In this document: piece after piece, positions 9,479 through 19,116 of the stretch
How positions within the stretch are numbered: position 1 is the stretch's first letter
Layout of the letters: each line of letters begins with the position of its first letter
Source of the DNA: Candidatus Magasanikiibacteriota bacterium
Lineage (GTDB): Bacteria; Patescibacteriota; Patescibacteriia; Magasanikbacterales; UBA922
Direction of reading: 5' to 3'
NCBI GenBank assembly: GCA_052034405.1
Contig: JBPOIO010000004.1
Location: 751-64,750, forward strand
Length of the DNA stretch: 64,000 bases
Position numbers and translations under genes: made by a program
Notes under the pieces: model-generated
The model's input: the letters and a program-made list of their open reading frames with translations, nothing else
Told to the model about the DNA's origin: nothing
Database searches by the model: none

Positions 9479-10906
9479 CTATTCGGATACCTTATTCCCC
9501 CGCCCCAAACTTTCATTCCAGCCACTACTCGTGATTTGAACAAATTCTGCGTTCTCCTGCATCTCTCGGATATTACTGGCACCGCAGTAGCTAATGGCGC
9601 TTTGCAAGCCTTTTTTGAGCCCCTTGACTACATCCTCTACAGCCCCTTTATAATCCACGAGTGTCGCAATCCCCTCTACAAAAATATCCATTTTTTCTTT
9701 TATGTGTTTTCCAACTTCATGTTCTTTGCGAATATGATTGCTATCATAAGAAGCACTGCCTGCATATTTTTTGTATCTTTTCCCATCTTTCATAATAATC
9801 ATGCCTGGTGCTTCGTCTGTTCCTGCAAAAAAACTTCCCGAATAGATACTACTGGCTCCTGCGGCAATTGCTTTGGCCACATCGCCTGGATATTTCATTC
9901 CACCGTCGGCTGTTACTGGTATGCTATAATTTTTTGCAACTTCACAGACATTCATCACAGCAGTAAATTGCGGAACCCCGGCCCCACTCATCACTCGCGT
10001 TGTACAAACTGGCGAAGGACCAATACCGACTTTGAGCCCATCTGCTCCAGCTTCGATCAAATCCTGCGCTGCTTCGGCAGTCGCAATATTTCCCACCATT
10101 ACGTCAACCGAAAAATTTGCTTTGAGTTCACGAAGTTTTTGAATAACAAAATCCGAATGCGCATGCGCAACGTCGAGGACCAAGACATCAACGCCTACTG
10201 CAATGAGTGCCTCTGCGCGTTCCACAGCGTCTTTGACCCCAACTGCCCCTGCAACCATGAGACGCCCTTTTCGATCCCTCGAGGCATTTGGCCAATATTC
10301 AAGTTTACTAATATCTTGTGTTGTAATAAGGCCCCGCACACGACCATTTTCAATCAGTGGCAATTTTTGAAATTTATAATGCTGCAGTACTTTTTTGGCA
10401 TCTGACAAACTAATTCCATATTTGGCAGTGACCAATTTTTCTGCCGGAGTCATGAGCTCTCGAATAGGCCTATCCAAACTTTCCTCAAACATATAGTCGC
10501 GGTGCGTGAGCATACCCACAAGCTCTTCGCCATTCATAATAAGCAGACTACTCACGTTGGAACGCTTCATCACTTCTTTTGCTTCACGAAGTGTCAGTCG
10601 AGGACTCACAGAAACAGGATCTTCCACGATTGAACTCGTACTTTTTTTTACCAATTTTACTTCTGCTGCCTGCTCTTCAATCGTTCCAAACTGATGAATC
10701 ACACCCAGTCCCCCTTCACGCGCCATGGCAATCGCCATTTTGTGCTCGGTTACTGTTGCCATATTGGCACTGACAAATGGCGTATTGAGAATAATATTTT
10801 TGGTAAATAAACTTCGCACATCTGCTTCGGATCGAGATTTGAGTGGACTTCGCTTTGGAACGAGCAAAACATCCTCATAGGTAAATCCAGTCGGTATTAT
10901 TTTCAT
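9479..10906 (-). CDS. IMPDH/GMP-reductase family oxidoreductase with CBS pair (GuaB-like, divergent active site)
   Basis: [27 protein letters not shown] domains, [17 protein letters not shown]; start at MKIIPTG. Confidence 0.85.
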   Translation of the reverse strand: MKIIPTGFTYEDVLLVPKRSPLKSRSEADVRSLFTKNIILNTPFVSANMATVTEHKMAIAMAREGGLGVIHQFGTIEEQAAEVKLVKKSTSSIVEDPVSVSPRLTLREAKEVMKRSNVSSLLIMNGEELVGMLTHRDYMFEESLDRPIRELMTPAEKLVTAKYGISLSDAKKVLQHYKFQKLPLIENGRVRGLITTQDISKLEYWPNASRDRKGRLMVAGAVGVKDAVERAEALIAVGVDVLVLDVAHAHSDFVIQKLRELKANFSVDVMVGNIATAEAAQDLIEAGADGLKVGIGPSPVCTTRVMSGAGVPQFTAVMNVCEVAKNYSIPVTADGGMKYPGDVAKAIAAGASSIYSGSFFAGTDEAPGMIIMKDGKRYKKYAGSASYDSNHIRKEHEVGKHIKEKMDIFVEGIATLVDYKGAVEDVVKGLKKGLQSAISYCGASNIREMQENAEFVQITSSGWNESLGRGNKVSE

Positions 10907-10931
10907 ACAATGCAGTGATAAAAAATAAATA

Positions 10932-13037
10932 CTATTCAAGGTGAACTTTTTTCTCCCAATCTCGCAGCTTTTCTTTGAGTGTTGGGTAATTTTTGAAATC
11001 AATGCCCCGAGCCAAGTCCCGGGCCAAACGAATTATATCACTATCCTGGAGACTCGCAAGTCGCAAATTCATCATACCACTTTGAGATGTCCCATATACT
11101 TCACCTGGGCCCCGAGTTTGCAAATCGTATTCGGAAAGTTCAAATCCGTCGAGTGTTTTTTCAAAAAATCGCAAACGGTCCATGGCAGATTGCGAACTCG
11201 AATCTGTAAGCAAAAAACAATAGGACTGATGCGTACTTCGCCCTACTCGTCCACGAAATTGATGCAGCTGAGCCAGACCAAAAAGCTCTGCATCTTCGAT
11301 CATCATCACGCTTGCGTTTGGAATATTCACACCTACTTCCACAACTGATGTAGAAACCAAAATATCTGTTTCACCCGCAGCAAACTTTTTCATTTTTTCA
11401 TCTTTTTCATTTCCTTTCAATTTGCCATGCAAAAAATCCACGCGAAATTTTGGAAATATTTCTTGCGATAATTTTTCGTATTCTTTGAGCACGGTTTTCT
11501 TTTCATCAAGTGATTCTATTTGTTTTTCATCTTTTGTAGATTCTGTAATGAGTGGACAAATTACAAAAACTTGTCTTCCCTGCGCCACCTGCGCACGAAT
11601 AAAATCATAGGCCTTCTGGCGATTTTTTGGCTCCACAAGGCGCGTCAAAATTGGCTTTCGTCCAGATGGCTTTGTTTTGATAATCGACAAATCAAGATCT
11701 CCATAAAGCGTGAGGGCAAAGGATCGTGGAATCGGAGTTGCTGTCATACTCAGAAAATGCGGCGTAATATTTTTTTGACCAGATTTATCCCGAATAGTTT
11801 TGCGCTGCTCTACCCCAAATCGATGCTGTTCATCCACTACAACAAGTCCAAGTTTTTTGAATTTTACGTTTTCACTGAGGAGTGCGTGTGTTCCAATAAT
11901 AATTTGCACTGTTCCGTCTTTTATTTTTTCAATCACTTCTTCTTTTTGAGATTTTTTTGCCTTCGTAGTAAATGCATAATTCAAAACTTGAAACTGCGTA
12001 CGCGAGAGCAAAGCAATTTTGACATCATATTTTTCAAATATTTTTTGCAGCGTTTCATAATGCTGACTTGCGAGTATTTCTGTCGGCGCCATAATCACTG
12101 CCTGATGACCATTCAAAATAGCATTGTACATGGCCATTGCCGCTACAACAGTTTTACCACTTCCGACATCTCCCTCGAGCAAGCGATTCATGGGTTCGAC
12201 ACGCTCCAAGTCCTGCAAAATTTCCCAGGCTGCAATTTTTTGGTCTTTCGTCAATTCAAAAGGCAAAGCCGCAACAAATTCTTTTATAGAGGCCTCTTGA
12301 AAAACAAGTTTTGGTGCTTTGAATATTTTGAGTTCTTGACGAATCATTTCACTGCGAAGTTGCAAAATAAATAGCTCATCAAATTTGAGACGGTATTCTG
12401 CTTTTTTCAGATCTTCTGTGGAACTCGGAAAATGAATCGCCAGCAGTGATTGTTCCAAAGCTTCCAAATTTGCTTTTTGCAAAATATCCTCGGGTATCCA
12501 ATCCTGAATATCTTTGGCAAAAGGCAAAACCTGCGTGAGCAAAAATCGCATTTGCTTTTGGGTAATGCCATTTGTCACAGAATATATTGGTACAATGCGC
12601 GCAGTATTACTGGTATTTTCCGAAACTTTTTCATAACTCGGTGACTGCATTGTAACTCCGAGCATGTCATGCTTGACGATTCCAGAAAGATAAATAGTCT
12701 CCCCTGCTTTGAGAATTTTTCCAATAAAAGGTTGGTTGAACCATACCACATGCATGCGACTGCTCTCGTCGCTGACCACTGCCTCGGTGAGGAGCATATG
12801 TTTGCGTGGACTACGTTTGGTAGCAATTTGTTCTATTTTTACCCGAACCGTCACATGTGTCCCTTCCTCGAGTTCTTCAATGGGGACCACCTGACTATAA
12901 TCCTCGTAGCGAAAGGGATAATAAAAAAGCAAATCTTCAAGAGTGTAAATACCCAAAAGAGCGAGGCGTGTTTCAAGGGCCTTGCCAACGCGGTGGAGTT
13001 TGCTAATAGGGGTTTTGAGACCATTTGTGAGATCCAT
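10932..13037 (-). CDS. recG: ATP-dependent DNA helicase RecG
   Basis: PMNRLLEGDVGSGKT, DEQHRFGV, MTATPIPR, HQFRGRVGR, DLQTRGPGE. Confidence 0.97.
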   Translation of the reverse strand: MDLTNGLKTPISKLHRVGKALETRLALLGIYTLEDLLFYYPFRYEDYSQVVPIEELEEGTHVTVRVKIEQIATKRSPRKHMLLTEAVVSDESSRMHVVWFNQPFIGKILKAGETIYLSGIVKHDMLGVTMQSPSYEKVSENTSNTARIVPIYSVTNGITQKQMRFLLTQVLPFAKDIQDWIPEDILQKANLEALEQSLLAIHFPSSTEDLKKAEYRLKFDELFILQLRSEMIRQELKIFKAPKLVFQEASIKEFVAALPFELTKDQKIAAWEILQDLERVEPMNRLLEGDVGSGKTVVAAMAMYNAILNGHQAVIMAPTEILASQHYETLQKIFEKYDVKIALLSRTQFQVLNYAFTTKAKKSQKEEVIEKIKDGTVQIIIGTHALLSENVKFKKLGLVVVDEQHRFGVEQRKTIRDKSGQKNITPHFLSMTATPIPRSFALTLYGDLDLSIIKTKPSGRKPILTRLVEPKNRQKAYDFIRAQVAQGRQVFVICPLITESTKDEKQIESLDEKKTVLKEYEKLSQEIFPKFRVDFLHGKLKGNEKDEKMKKFAAGETDILVSTSVVEVGVNIPNASVMMIEDAELFGLAQLHQFRGRVGRSTHQSYCFLLTDSSSQSAMDRLRFFEKTLDGFELSEYDLQTRGPGEVYGTSQSGMMNLRLASLQDSDIIRLARDLARGIDFKNYPTLKEKLRDWEKKVHLE

Positions 13038-13069
13038 AGAAAGATATTGTACCACATTTTTTCAAAGTA

Positions 13070-13098
13070 TTGACGAATCTCTTGTTTTCCGCTATACT
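13070..13098 (+). promoter_or_regulatory. sigma70 promoter of the tRNA gene
   Basis: TTGACG-17 bp-TATACT, 14 nt upstream of the tRNA. Confidence 0.8.
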
Positions 13099-13112
13099 AT
13101 CTCCAATTCCAT

Positions 13113-13184
13113 GCACTCGTCGTTCAATGGATAGGACGCTAGTTTGCGGAACTAGCAATCTAAGTTCGATTCTTAGCGAGTGCA
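13113..13184 (+). tRNA. tRNA-Arg (anticodon GCG), CCA not encoded
   Basis: Acceptor stem GCACTCG/CGAGTGC+A, D arm GTTC..TGG..GGAC, anticodon arm CTAGT-TTGCGGA-ACTAG, T arm CTAAG-TTCGATT-CTTAG. Confidence 0.93.
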
Positions 13185-14669
13185 CACGTCGGGAAGTTGC
13201 GCCAAAGCGCGACTTACCTGGAACGGATACTTTGCTTCAACTAGCAGAGTTTTTTGTTTCAGCGCGAGGTTCGAGAAGAGGGTCTGGCAGACCTCGCGTT
13301 TCTTCTCGGGCTCGCCAGCTTCGAACTTTTTCTTCGCTAGAACTGCGAACGAAATCCCCTCCATCAAGGGTTCGATGAGTCCCGCGACTGGACTGGCTCG
13401 TTCCAGTTGCGCACGGAGCGCAATCTGCTCGCTTGTGAGGGCTCTGCGGTCCTCATCAAGCTCCTCGCCGGTAATGCGACCCTCAGCAGCTAGATGACGA
13501 AGGTTTCGGAGCTTCTCGTCGTTCTTCACCAGTTTCGCTTCGACCGTTTGGACGACCCTCGACTCCGAATCGCAGACCTCAGCGCGAACGCTCCTCAGCT
13601 CGTCCAGCACGGCCTCCGCTACGTCAGGCGGGAGAGTGAGATCGTTGATGCTCAACGCGAGTTGCTCTTCAAGTGACACTTGCTCGACGGACGGCTCGTC
13701 GCAGTAGAGATATGCACGACTCTTTCGGCAGCAATGGTAGTACGTGTAGCGGGTTCCGAATCGGTTGACCTTGTTCTCCGCAGTGACGACGGACGCACAA
13801 GAACCGCATCTCAATATGCCACGGTATGGAAACCGGTTCGTTTGTGGGCGCGGTTCAGATGCACCCAGGCGCTTGAACTGCTCCTGTACTTCCTCGAACT
13901 CGGCCCAGGAGACGGCGGCGGGATGCGTGCCGGGGAACGATCCCTCCTTCCGAACCATCAGCCCGGCATAGAACGGGTCGCGCAGTGTCCGGTACAACAA
14001 CGACTGGGAAATCAACTTCCCACCGTGGCTCCGCATCACCGGAGTCGTCAGGTGCCACTCCTTGCGGGCTCGGTTGAGGATATCGGACATTGGCACCCCC
14101 ATTCGCCGCAATCGAAACGCCTCTCGAATTAGAGGAAGTCGCACCGGATCAGCCAGGAGCTTCATTGTCGAACGGTCGCGGGTGTAGCCAATTTTCGGAG
14201 CACCAGGCCAAAGGCCCTGTAGCAGTGCCTGCTTGTTGCCACGACATATGTTCTTGCGGAGGTCATCAATGTCTTTCGTGGCCATCCCGAAGATGATGGA
14301 CATCATGAGCTTGTCGTCACCTGACCCAGTGAACGCCCGCTCGGGCGTGAGGATCTCCTTGATCGCTCCGGTGCCGAGCAGCCACATGATGGAGCCACCA
14401 TCGATGGGGTTCCTCGCCAGACGGTTGAGATGCCAGCACAAGACTGCGTCGGCTTTCTTCGCGTTGAGCATGGCCATGACTCTTGCGAACTCTGGCCGGC
14501 CTGGTTCCTTCGCAGACCGCGTTTCGCGGATCGGCTCCCCCACGATGAGAAGATTGCGGGCCTGAGCAAATGAGAGAAGCTCCCGCTCCTGGGCTGGTAT
14601 TGAGAGCTGCTGCTTCCCGTCGTCGAGCGTGGATTTCCGCACGTAGACTACGTATTTCAATGGGTTCAT
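13173..14669 (-). CDS. large serine recombinase (integrase) 1
   Basis: YVRKST (catalytic Ser), SIPAQ, SAKEPGRPEF, NRLARN, recombinase domain, CGSC...YYHC...C Zn ribbon, coiled coil; stop codon lies inside the tRNA. Confidence 0.94.
   Translation of the reverse strand: MNPLKYVVYVRKSTLDDGKQQLSIPAQERELLSFAQARNLLIVGEPIRETRSAKEPGRPEFARVMAMLNAKKADAVLCWHLNRLARNPIDGGSIMWLLGTGAIKEILTPERAFTGSGDDKLMMSIIFGMATKDIDDLRKNICRGNKQALLQGLWPGAPKIGYTRDRSTMKLLADPVRLPLIREAFRLRRMGVPMSDILNRARKEWHLTTPVMRSHGGKLISQSLLYRTLRDPFYAGLMVRKEGSFPGTHPAAVSWAEFEEVQEQFKRLGASEPRPQTNRFPYRGILRCGSCASVVTAENKVNRFGTRYTYYHCCRKSRAYLYCDEPSVEQVSLEEQLALSINDLTLPPDVAEAVLDELRSVRAEVCDSESRVVQTVEAKLVKNDEKLRNLRHLAAEGRITGEELDEDRRALTSEQIALRAQLERASPVAGLIEPLMEGISFAVLAKKKFEAGEPEKKREVCQTLFSNLALKQKTLLVEAKYPFQVSRALAQLPDVCTR
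13180..13187 (+). repeat. attL core GTGCACAC
   Basis: Overlaps the tRNA 3' end; identical to 27525-27532. Confidence 0.85.
14006..14021. repeat. 16-bp palindrome copy (GGGAAATCAACTTCCC)
   Basis: 14/16 match to the perfect palindrome at 20183-20198. Confidence 0.55.
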
Positions 14670-14685
14670 ATTGTTGTCAAGTTAG

Positions 14686-14892
14686 TTAGTCAAAGAGGAC
14701 CACGTAGAAAGCTGCCACGAGGTCCTTCGCTACGATTCTGAGCTCGGCCGGTGACAAATCCCGTGGATGGTGTGGGTCACTGCGAAGGGCTTCACCAAGC
14801 CGAATGAGGAAGGCGGCGCTGGGCTCGTAGTTGCCGAGACATGCTAACCTCATACGCTGTGATTTGTGGTCATTAGATGAGTGCATATGCAT
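14686..14892 (-). CDS. small hypothetical protein upstream of integrase 1
   Basis: 68 aa ORF ending 16 nt before the integrase start, same strand. Confidence 0.45.
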   Translation of the reverse strand: MHMHSSNDHKSQRMRLACLGNYEPSAAFLIRLGEALRSDPHHPRDLSPAELRIVAKDLVAAFYVVLFD

Positions 14893-14950
14893 TCATCGTA
14901 ACAACTCATTGCTTGGTCGTCCCGTCGCACCGTGATGCGAAAATGAACAA

Positions 14951-14980
14951 AAGAAGAACTCCACGACCGGAGTTCTTCTT
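14951..14980. other. perfect 12-bp hairpin in the element control region
   Basis: AAGAAGAACTCC-ACGACC-GGAGTTCTTCTT. Confidence 0.75.
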
Positions 14981-15242
14981 CATGCTTGTCATCTCTCTTC
15001 TTCTGCCCTGTGGATAGCGTGGTCAGAATCCGACCATCGTGCTACGGGACTACATCTTGCGGCTATGAGAAGATATACTATGTAAGCCGCGAAATCGGGC
15101 AAGACGAGAGTTTGAAAATGTCGTCACCCCAGTCTCGCGGAAATATGTGCCCTAGGCAGGCCATTCATCCCAACAAGAGAGGAGGTGACATTAGGTAGAC
15201 TACAACTTGTGCATATTCTGTCAAGTGTAGGTACCAATAGCT

Positions 15243-15944
15243 ATGACAAACAATGAATCAGAACAACGCGTGCTGAGCGAGAAATCGCTCGTGTTCAACG
15301 TGGAAGTTCTTCGCAAGAACTTCAGCAAGCACGTGGTCACGCAAGAAGACCTCGCCACCATGACCGGCGTGCCGAGGAGCGCGGCTGCGATGGAGTCCTC
15401 CCAACTGCCCGGCCGTGGTGTTCGCCGGAGTTCGTTCGTCATAGCGTGTCTGGTCAAGGTCAACGTGGGGTCGCCCTTGGGCCAGTCCGCCGGCTTCGCG
15501 TCGAAGCACCTCCTTCTCGTCCGTGGTTTCCCCGAGTCGGTTCGGGGCGGCCTTCGCCGCCTCAGATTCGGTTCGCGCGACCGGACACGACTCCGCGCTC
15601 AGCACCTGCGAGGCGTCGGGGGTCATCGTGGTGGTCGGTCGCGTCTTCACGAGCCCGACGCTACGCGCGGCGGATCGAGTGGTCGAGCGCGCGAAGGGTG
15701 CCGTGGTGTCTGCCCCTGGTGTGGCCCCCTGGTGCGAGCCCCCGGTCAGTCCGACACACCACCCCTCGGCTTCTCATCTTCTTGGAATCACTCGGTTTTC
15801 AAGGAACGCAAAACAAGGAATCAGCCCCTTCTTGGGGCATCTCGTTCATCCGGCGCACGGACGCGGACGACCGCGCCACTCTGCGCTTCCACCTCGCGTT
15901 CGCCAAGGTCCGCGAGCCGGTACCAGCCGCTCGTCAGCGCGTAG
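15243..15944 (+). CDS. possible XRE-type helix-turn-helix regulator (only the first ~80 aa are convincing)
   Basis: VTQEDLATMTGVPRSAAAME resembles XRE helices 2-3; the remainder looks like GC-rich read-through. Confidence 0.35.
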   Translation: MTNNESEQRVLSEKSLVFNVEVLRKNFSKHVVTQEDLATMTGVPRSAAAMESSQLPGRGVRRSSFVIACLVKVNVGSPLGQSAGFASKHLLLVRGFPESVRGGLRRLRFGSRDRTRLRAQHLRGVGGHRGGRSRLHEPDATRGGSSGRAREGCRGVCPWCGPLVRAPGQSDTPPLGFSSSWNHSVFKERKTRNQPLLGASRSSGARTRTTAPLCASTSRSPRSASRYQPLVSA

Positions 15945-16693
15945 TTCACCGGCTCGGCCTTCAGGTCGAGGACCCGGCCGAAGACCGGACCACCGATGTC
16001 CACCGCCTGGCGGCCCAGGGCGGCGAGCCGCTTCACCGATTTCGCCACGATGAGCATGCCGTCGGGGACCAGGCCCGCGATCTCCATGCGCGCGGCGTGC
16101 ATCCGGGCGAAGAAGGCGATCTTGTTCTCGGCCACGTACTGCGGCCCCTCGGTGCCCGTGTCGATCTCCACGACGAAGCTGCGCCGGCGCTCGGCGTCCT
16201 CGACCGTGAGGACCGCGTCGGGCCTGTACTTGAGGATGGTCGGGAGGTGGGCCTGGTCAAGCTCCCACTCGAACTGGTAGCGAACCAGGCGCACCCCTCG
16301 GGACAACTCGCACTCGGCCACGACCCGGCTCCAGAAGCGGACGTTCATCAGGTGGTGCTCGCCCGGACCCGAATACTCGGCCGGCGCGCTGCGGGGCCTC
16401 TCGTCGAGGCCGAGGTCCTCGAAGAGCGCGATCTGACCCTTGCGGTCGAGCACGTACCGCGTCTCTTCGTGCAGCGCGTTGCAGTACCCGGCCAGGTACC
16501 CGGTATCCATGAGCTTCTTGAGTCGCCGGCGGGCCATCGCCACGGACGGGAAGTAGAGCGGCACGACGTCGGACACGGTGAGCACCTTGGCCTTTCGGAG
16601 GGCCTCGAAGAGCGCGAGGTCGCGCTCCTGGAGATCAGCCGCGCGTCCGGCGCGGCCGTTCCCCGATTGCCTGCCGAGTCCACGTCCCGCCAT
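15821..16693 (-). CDS. replication-relaxation (Replic_Relax) family protein
   Basis: LQERDLALF...VLT...ARRRLKKL wHTH, EHHL, RPDA...FVVEIDTGTE...K motifs. Confidence 0.85.
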   Translation of the reverse strand: MAGRGLGRQSGNGRAGRAADLQERDLALFEALRKAKVLTVSDVVPLYFPSVAMARRRLKKLMDTGYLAGYCNALHEETRYVLDRKGQIALFEDLGLDERPRSAPAEYSGPGEHHLMNVRFWSRVVAECELSRGVRLVRYQFEWELDQAHLPTILKYRPDAVLTVEDAERRRSFVVEIDTGTEGPQYVAENKIAFFARMHAARMEIAGLVPDGMLIVAKSVKRLAALGRQAVDIGGPVFGRVLDLKAEPVNYALTSGWYRLADLGEREVEAQSGAVVRVRAPDERDAPRRG

Positions 16694-16705
16694 GAGTGTG
16701 AGCCG

Positions 16706-17026
16706 CTACACCTTCGGGTTGACGATGGACACCCCGCAGGTGTGGCAGTTGACGTAGGCGGGCGCGGTCTTGCAGGCCGGGCAGGCCGACCACACCCAGC
16801 CGTCGCGCGTGGCGCCGCAGGTCGAGCACTCCCAGAGCCCGTCCGCCGGTTGGGGCGGGCAGCCCCGCTTGCACTTCAACTCGCGCTTGACCACGGCCAT
16901 GCCGACCTTCCCGGTCTTGTAGGTCCACTTGCCAAAGGAGATCAGCTTGAAGAGCGCGGCCAGCGAGAAGACCACGGCCGCGTACATGAGCTGAAACGGC
17001 GCCAGAATCCAGCGAAGTTCATCCAT
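16706..17026 (-). CDS. small membrane protein with Cys-rich Zn-ribbon domain
   Basis: N-terminal hydrophobic helix; CKRGC, CSTC, CPAC, CHTC. Confidence 0.7.
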   Translation of the reverse strand: MDELRWILAPFQLMYAAVVFSLAALFKLISFGKWTYKTGKVGMAVVKRELKCKRGCPPQPADGLWECSTCGATRDGWVWSACPACKTAPAYVNCHTCGVSIVNPKV

Positions 17027-17050
17027 GCCTTGCCCTCTTTCGAGTTGTTT

Positions 17051-19075
17051 CTATCCGATGAACGGCCCTCTTCGCGTCCGGTTGCCCTTGGGGCTCTGGC
17101 CTTCGTGGCCCTTCTCCTCCTTTCCCGTAGCCCGTTGCCCATCGCCCAGGGGGACTGGCGGCGGAGCCGTTTGGCCGCCAGGTTCGCGTTTGGGTTGCTG
17201 CTCGTCTGGCCGAGGCGCAGCCTCGACCTCCTCTTGTCGCCCCTCAGATTCCTTCGCTGGCCGCGGCCTCACCTTGCCCGGAGGTGGCCGCTGCGGATTG
17301 CGCCGATCAGGCTTCGAGCCTGGCTCCCTGACCTCGTGGGGCACCCGGTCGCGCAGATCGCGCCTCGGGTCGCGAGCGAAGCCGCCCGCCACTTCCTTGA
17401 TGTGGTGCTTGCGCTTCTCGATGGCCTCGTTGAGGACGTGCGCTGGCGTGCCGCAGCCGTACCCACGGCACAGGGCGCGCAGCTCGTCGGAGGCCCGGTC
17501 AGCGGCCCGGCGCAGATCGTCGAACGGGACCTCGGGCGCAATGAGCCGTGCTGCCGGCCGCCCCAGCGCCCGCGGGTAGAACCAAAAGTGGCGCTTCGGC
17601 AGACGAATCAGCTCTTCGACGTGGCGCGCTCGCTGCTCGCTGGGGCGCTCGACGCGGGTCTCGTAGCGTGGGCCGTCGAGATCTCGCCGAACGCGGCAGT
17701 GCTCCGAGACCGGGAACATGTGGGAGAAGCGCCGGGCATCGCTCGGCGACTGCTGGAACACGGTCTGGTAGCCGCAGGAGTTCTCGATGGTCGCGAGCAG
17801 CGCCGAGCTGCGGCTCGCCACCTGCGCCGGCAACTGGTTGATGAGCCAGAGCGCCACGTTCTTGTGCCGGGCTAGGGTGAGCAGGCTCTCGAAGTCGCCG
17901 GCCAGGTCCGCGTCGAGACCCAGCCACCACTCGTCGATGGCCGCGATCACGGGCCGGCGGGTATCACGTCGGGAGTAGATGGCCCGGGCAAGCCCACGCA
18001 CGAAGACCGAGATCCAGAACCGGGTCAGGAACTCGGCGCCGCGCGGAGCCCCGCCCAGGTTGACCACGGTGAGCGGCCCTTCAAGTAGGGAGGCATAGGA
18101 CACGCACCCTGGGGCGCAGAGCACGCGCGCCGTATCCTCGAAGAGCAGCAGGTCGAGCCGGGCCACCACGGCCTGCACCGACTCGGTCGGCTCCTGCGGG
18201 AACCGGTGGGTGAAGTACTCGCGGATCTCATAGTCCTCGACTTCCCTGAGGAGGCCGTTCAGGTACCGGTCGTTGATGAGCGCCGAGCGCAACTCGAGGA
18301 TGGACAACCCGCCGACCGAAAGCATGAGGCGCAGGGCGTTGAGGAGAATCCCCATCATCCGGACGCCCCAGTCACCCCCGGCCCCGCCGAGGGCCTCCCC
18401 GATGAGGTTGGCGATCTCCTTGGCGTGAAGCGAGCGCGAGATGCCGCCGACGGGAGCAAGCAGGTTCATTTCCGGGAGGTTGCTTTCGTCGAAGGGCGCG
18501 ACGACGTTCAGGCCACGAATGACCTCGATGATGTCGTCTTCTTCAGCGTCTCGGAGCATGGCCGGGAGGAGCAGATCGGTGATCCACTCGGCGCTCTCGC
18601 CCTTGGCGTCCACGTGCAAGAGGGACCACGGCATGCCCGGCCCGATGAGCTGCATCTCCTCGGCGAAGGTCTGCGCGCTCTTGCCCCGGCCCGTGGCCCC
18701 GACGATCCAGCGGTGGACGCCGTACAACTCCGAGACCGGTACGGCGACCGGGATGTCCTCGGCCTCGGCCAGGGTGCCCACGAGGACGCGAACACCATCC
18801 TCACCGGCCCGCTCGTCGAGATCGTTCAGAAGGTGGACTTCAGGCGGCGGGTCGAGGCTCTCAAAGTGGTGCTCGATGGCCGCCTCGACCAGCTTGCGCT
18901 TGGAGCCCACGAAGAGCCGCCGAAGGCCGGCTTCGAGCAGGCTCACGAGAGGATCCGCGTTTGCTGGAGAAAGAGGCGCATGACGACGCTTGCTCCTGGT
19001 TGCCGAGCCCCTGCCCGGGCCACGAAGCAAAGCGTAGGACGATTTCCGGGATCCGCAACTTTTTTTCTGAAGCAC
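17051..19075 (-). CDS. VirD4/TraD-like type IV coupling ATPase (exact start uncertain)
   Basis: HRWIVGATGRGKS Walker A, VDAKGE, NLL, AAIDEW Walker B, ARHKNVALWLINQLPAQ. Confidence 0.82.
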   Translation of the reverse strand: MLQKKSCGSRKSSYALLRGPGRGSATRSKRRHAPLSPANADPLVSLLEAGLRRLFVGSKRKLVEAAIEHHFESLDPPPEVHLLNDLDERAGEDGVRVLVGTLAEAEDIPVAVPVSELYGVHRWIVGATGRGKSAQTFAEEMQLIGPGMPWSLLHVDAKGESAEWITDLLLPAMLRDAEEDDIIEVIRGLNVVAPFDESNLPEMNLLAPVGGISRSLHAKEIANLIGEALGGAGGDWGVRMMGILLNALRLMLSVGGLSILELRSALINDRYLNGLLREVEDYEIREYFTHRFPQEPTESVQAVVARLDLLLFEDTARVLCAPGCVSYASLLEGPLTVVNLGGAPRGAEFLTRFWISVFVRGLARAIYSRRDTRRPVIAAIDEWWLGLDADLAGDFESLLTLARHKNVALWLINQLPAQVASRSSALLATIENSCGYQTVFQQSPSDARRFSHMFPVSEHCRVRRDLDGPRYETRVERPSEQRARHVEELIRLPKRHFWFYPRALGRPAARLIAPEVPFDDLRRAADRASDELRALCRGYGCGTPAHVLNEAIEKRKHHIKEVAGGFARDPRRDLRDRVPHEVREPGSKPDRRNPQRPPPGKVRPRPAKESEGRQEEVEAAPRPDEQQPKREPGGQTAPPPVPLGDGQRATGKEEKGHEGQSPKGNRTRRGPFIG

Positions 19076-19116
19076 GCGCCAGGAGGAATGTGAGGCTGCG
19101 GGGACGGACGCCGGAA

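Noticed and set aside
13180-13185. Palindromic GTGCAC as the crossover allowing inversion
   Set aside because: The reconstructed attP symmetry centres on the non-palindromic CA dinucleotide instead
15258-15650. 130-aa minus-strand ORF downstream of the relaxase
   Set aside because: No motifs, and it overlaps the more plausible XRE-like frame on the plus strand; unresolved
15446-17875. 809-aa plus-strand ORF (also 18961-20139 and 18206-19093)
   Set aside because: Antisense shadows of motif-bearing minus-strand genes in very GC-rich DNA; Arg/Ala/Gly-rich with no recognisable motifs
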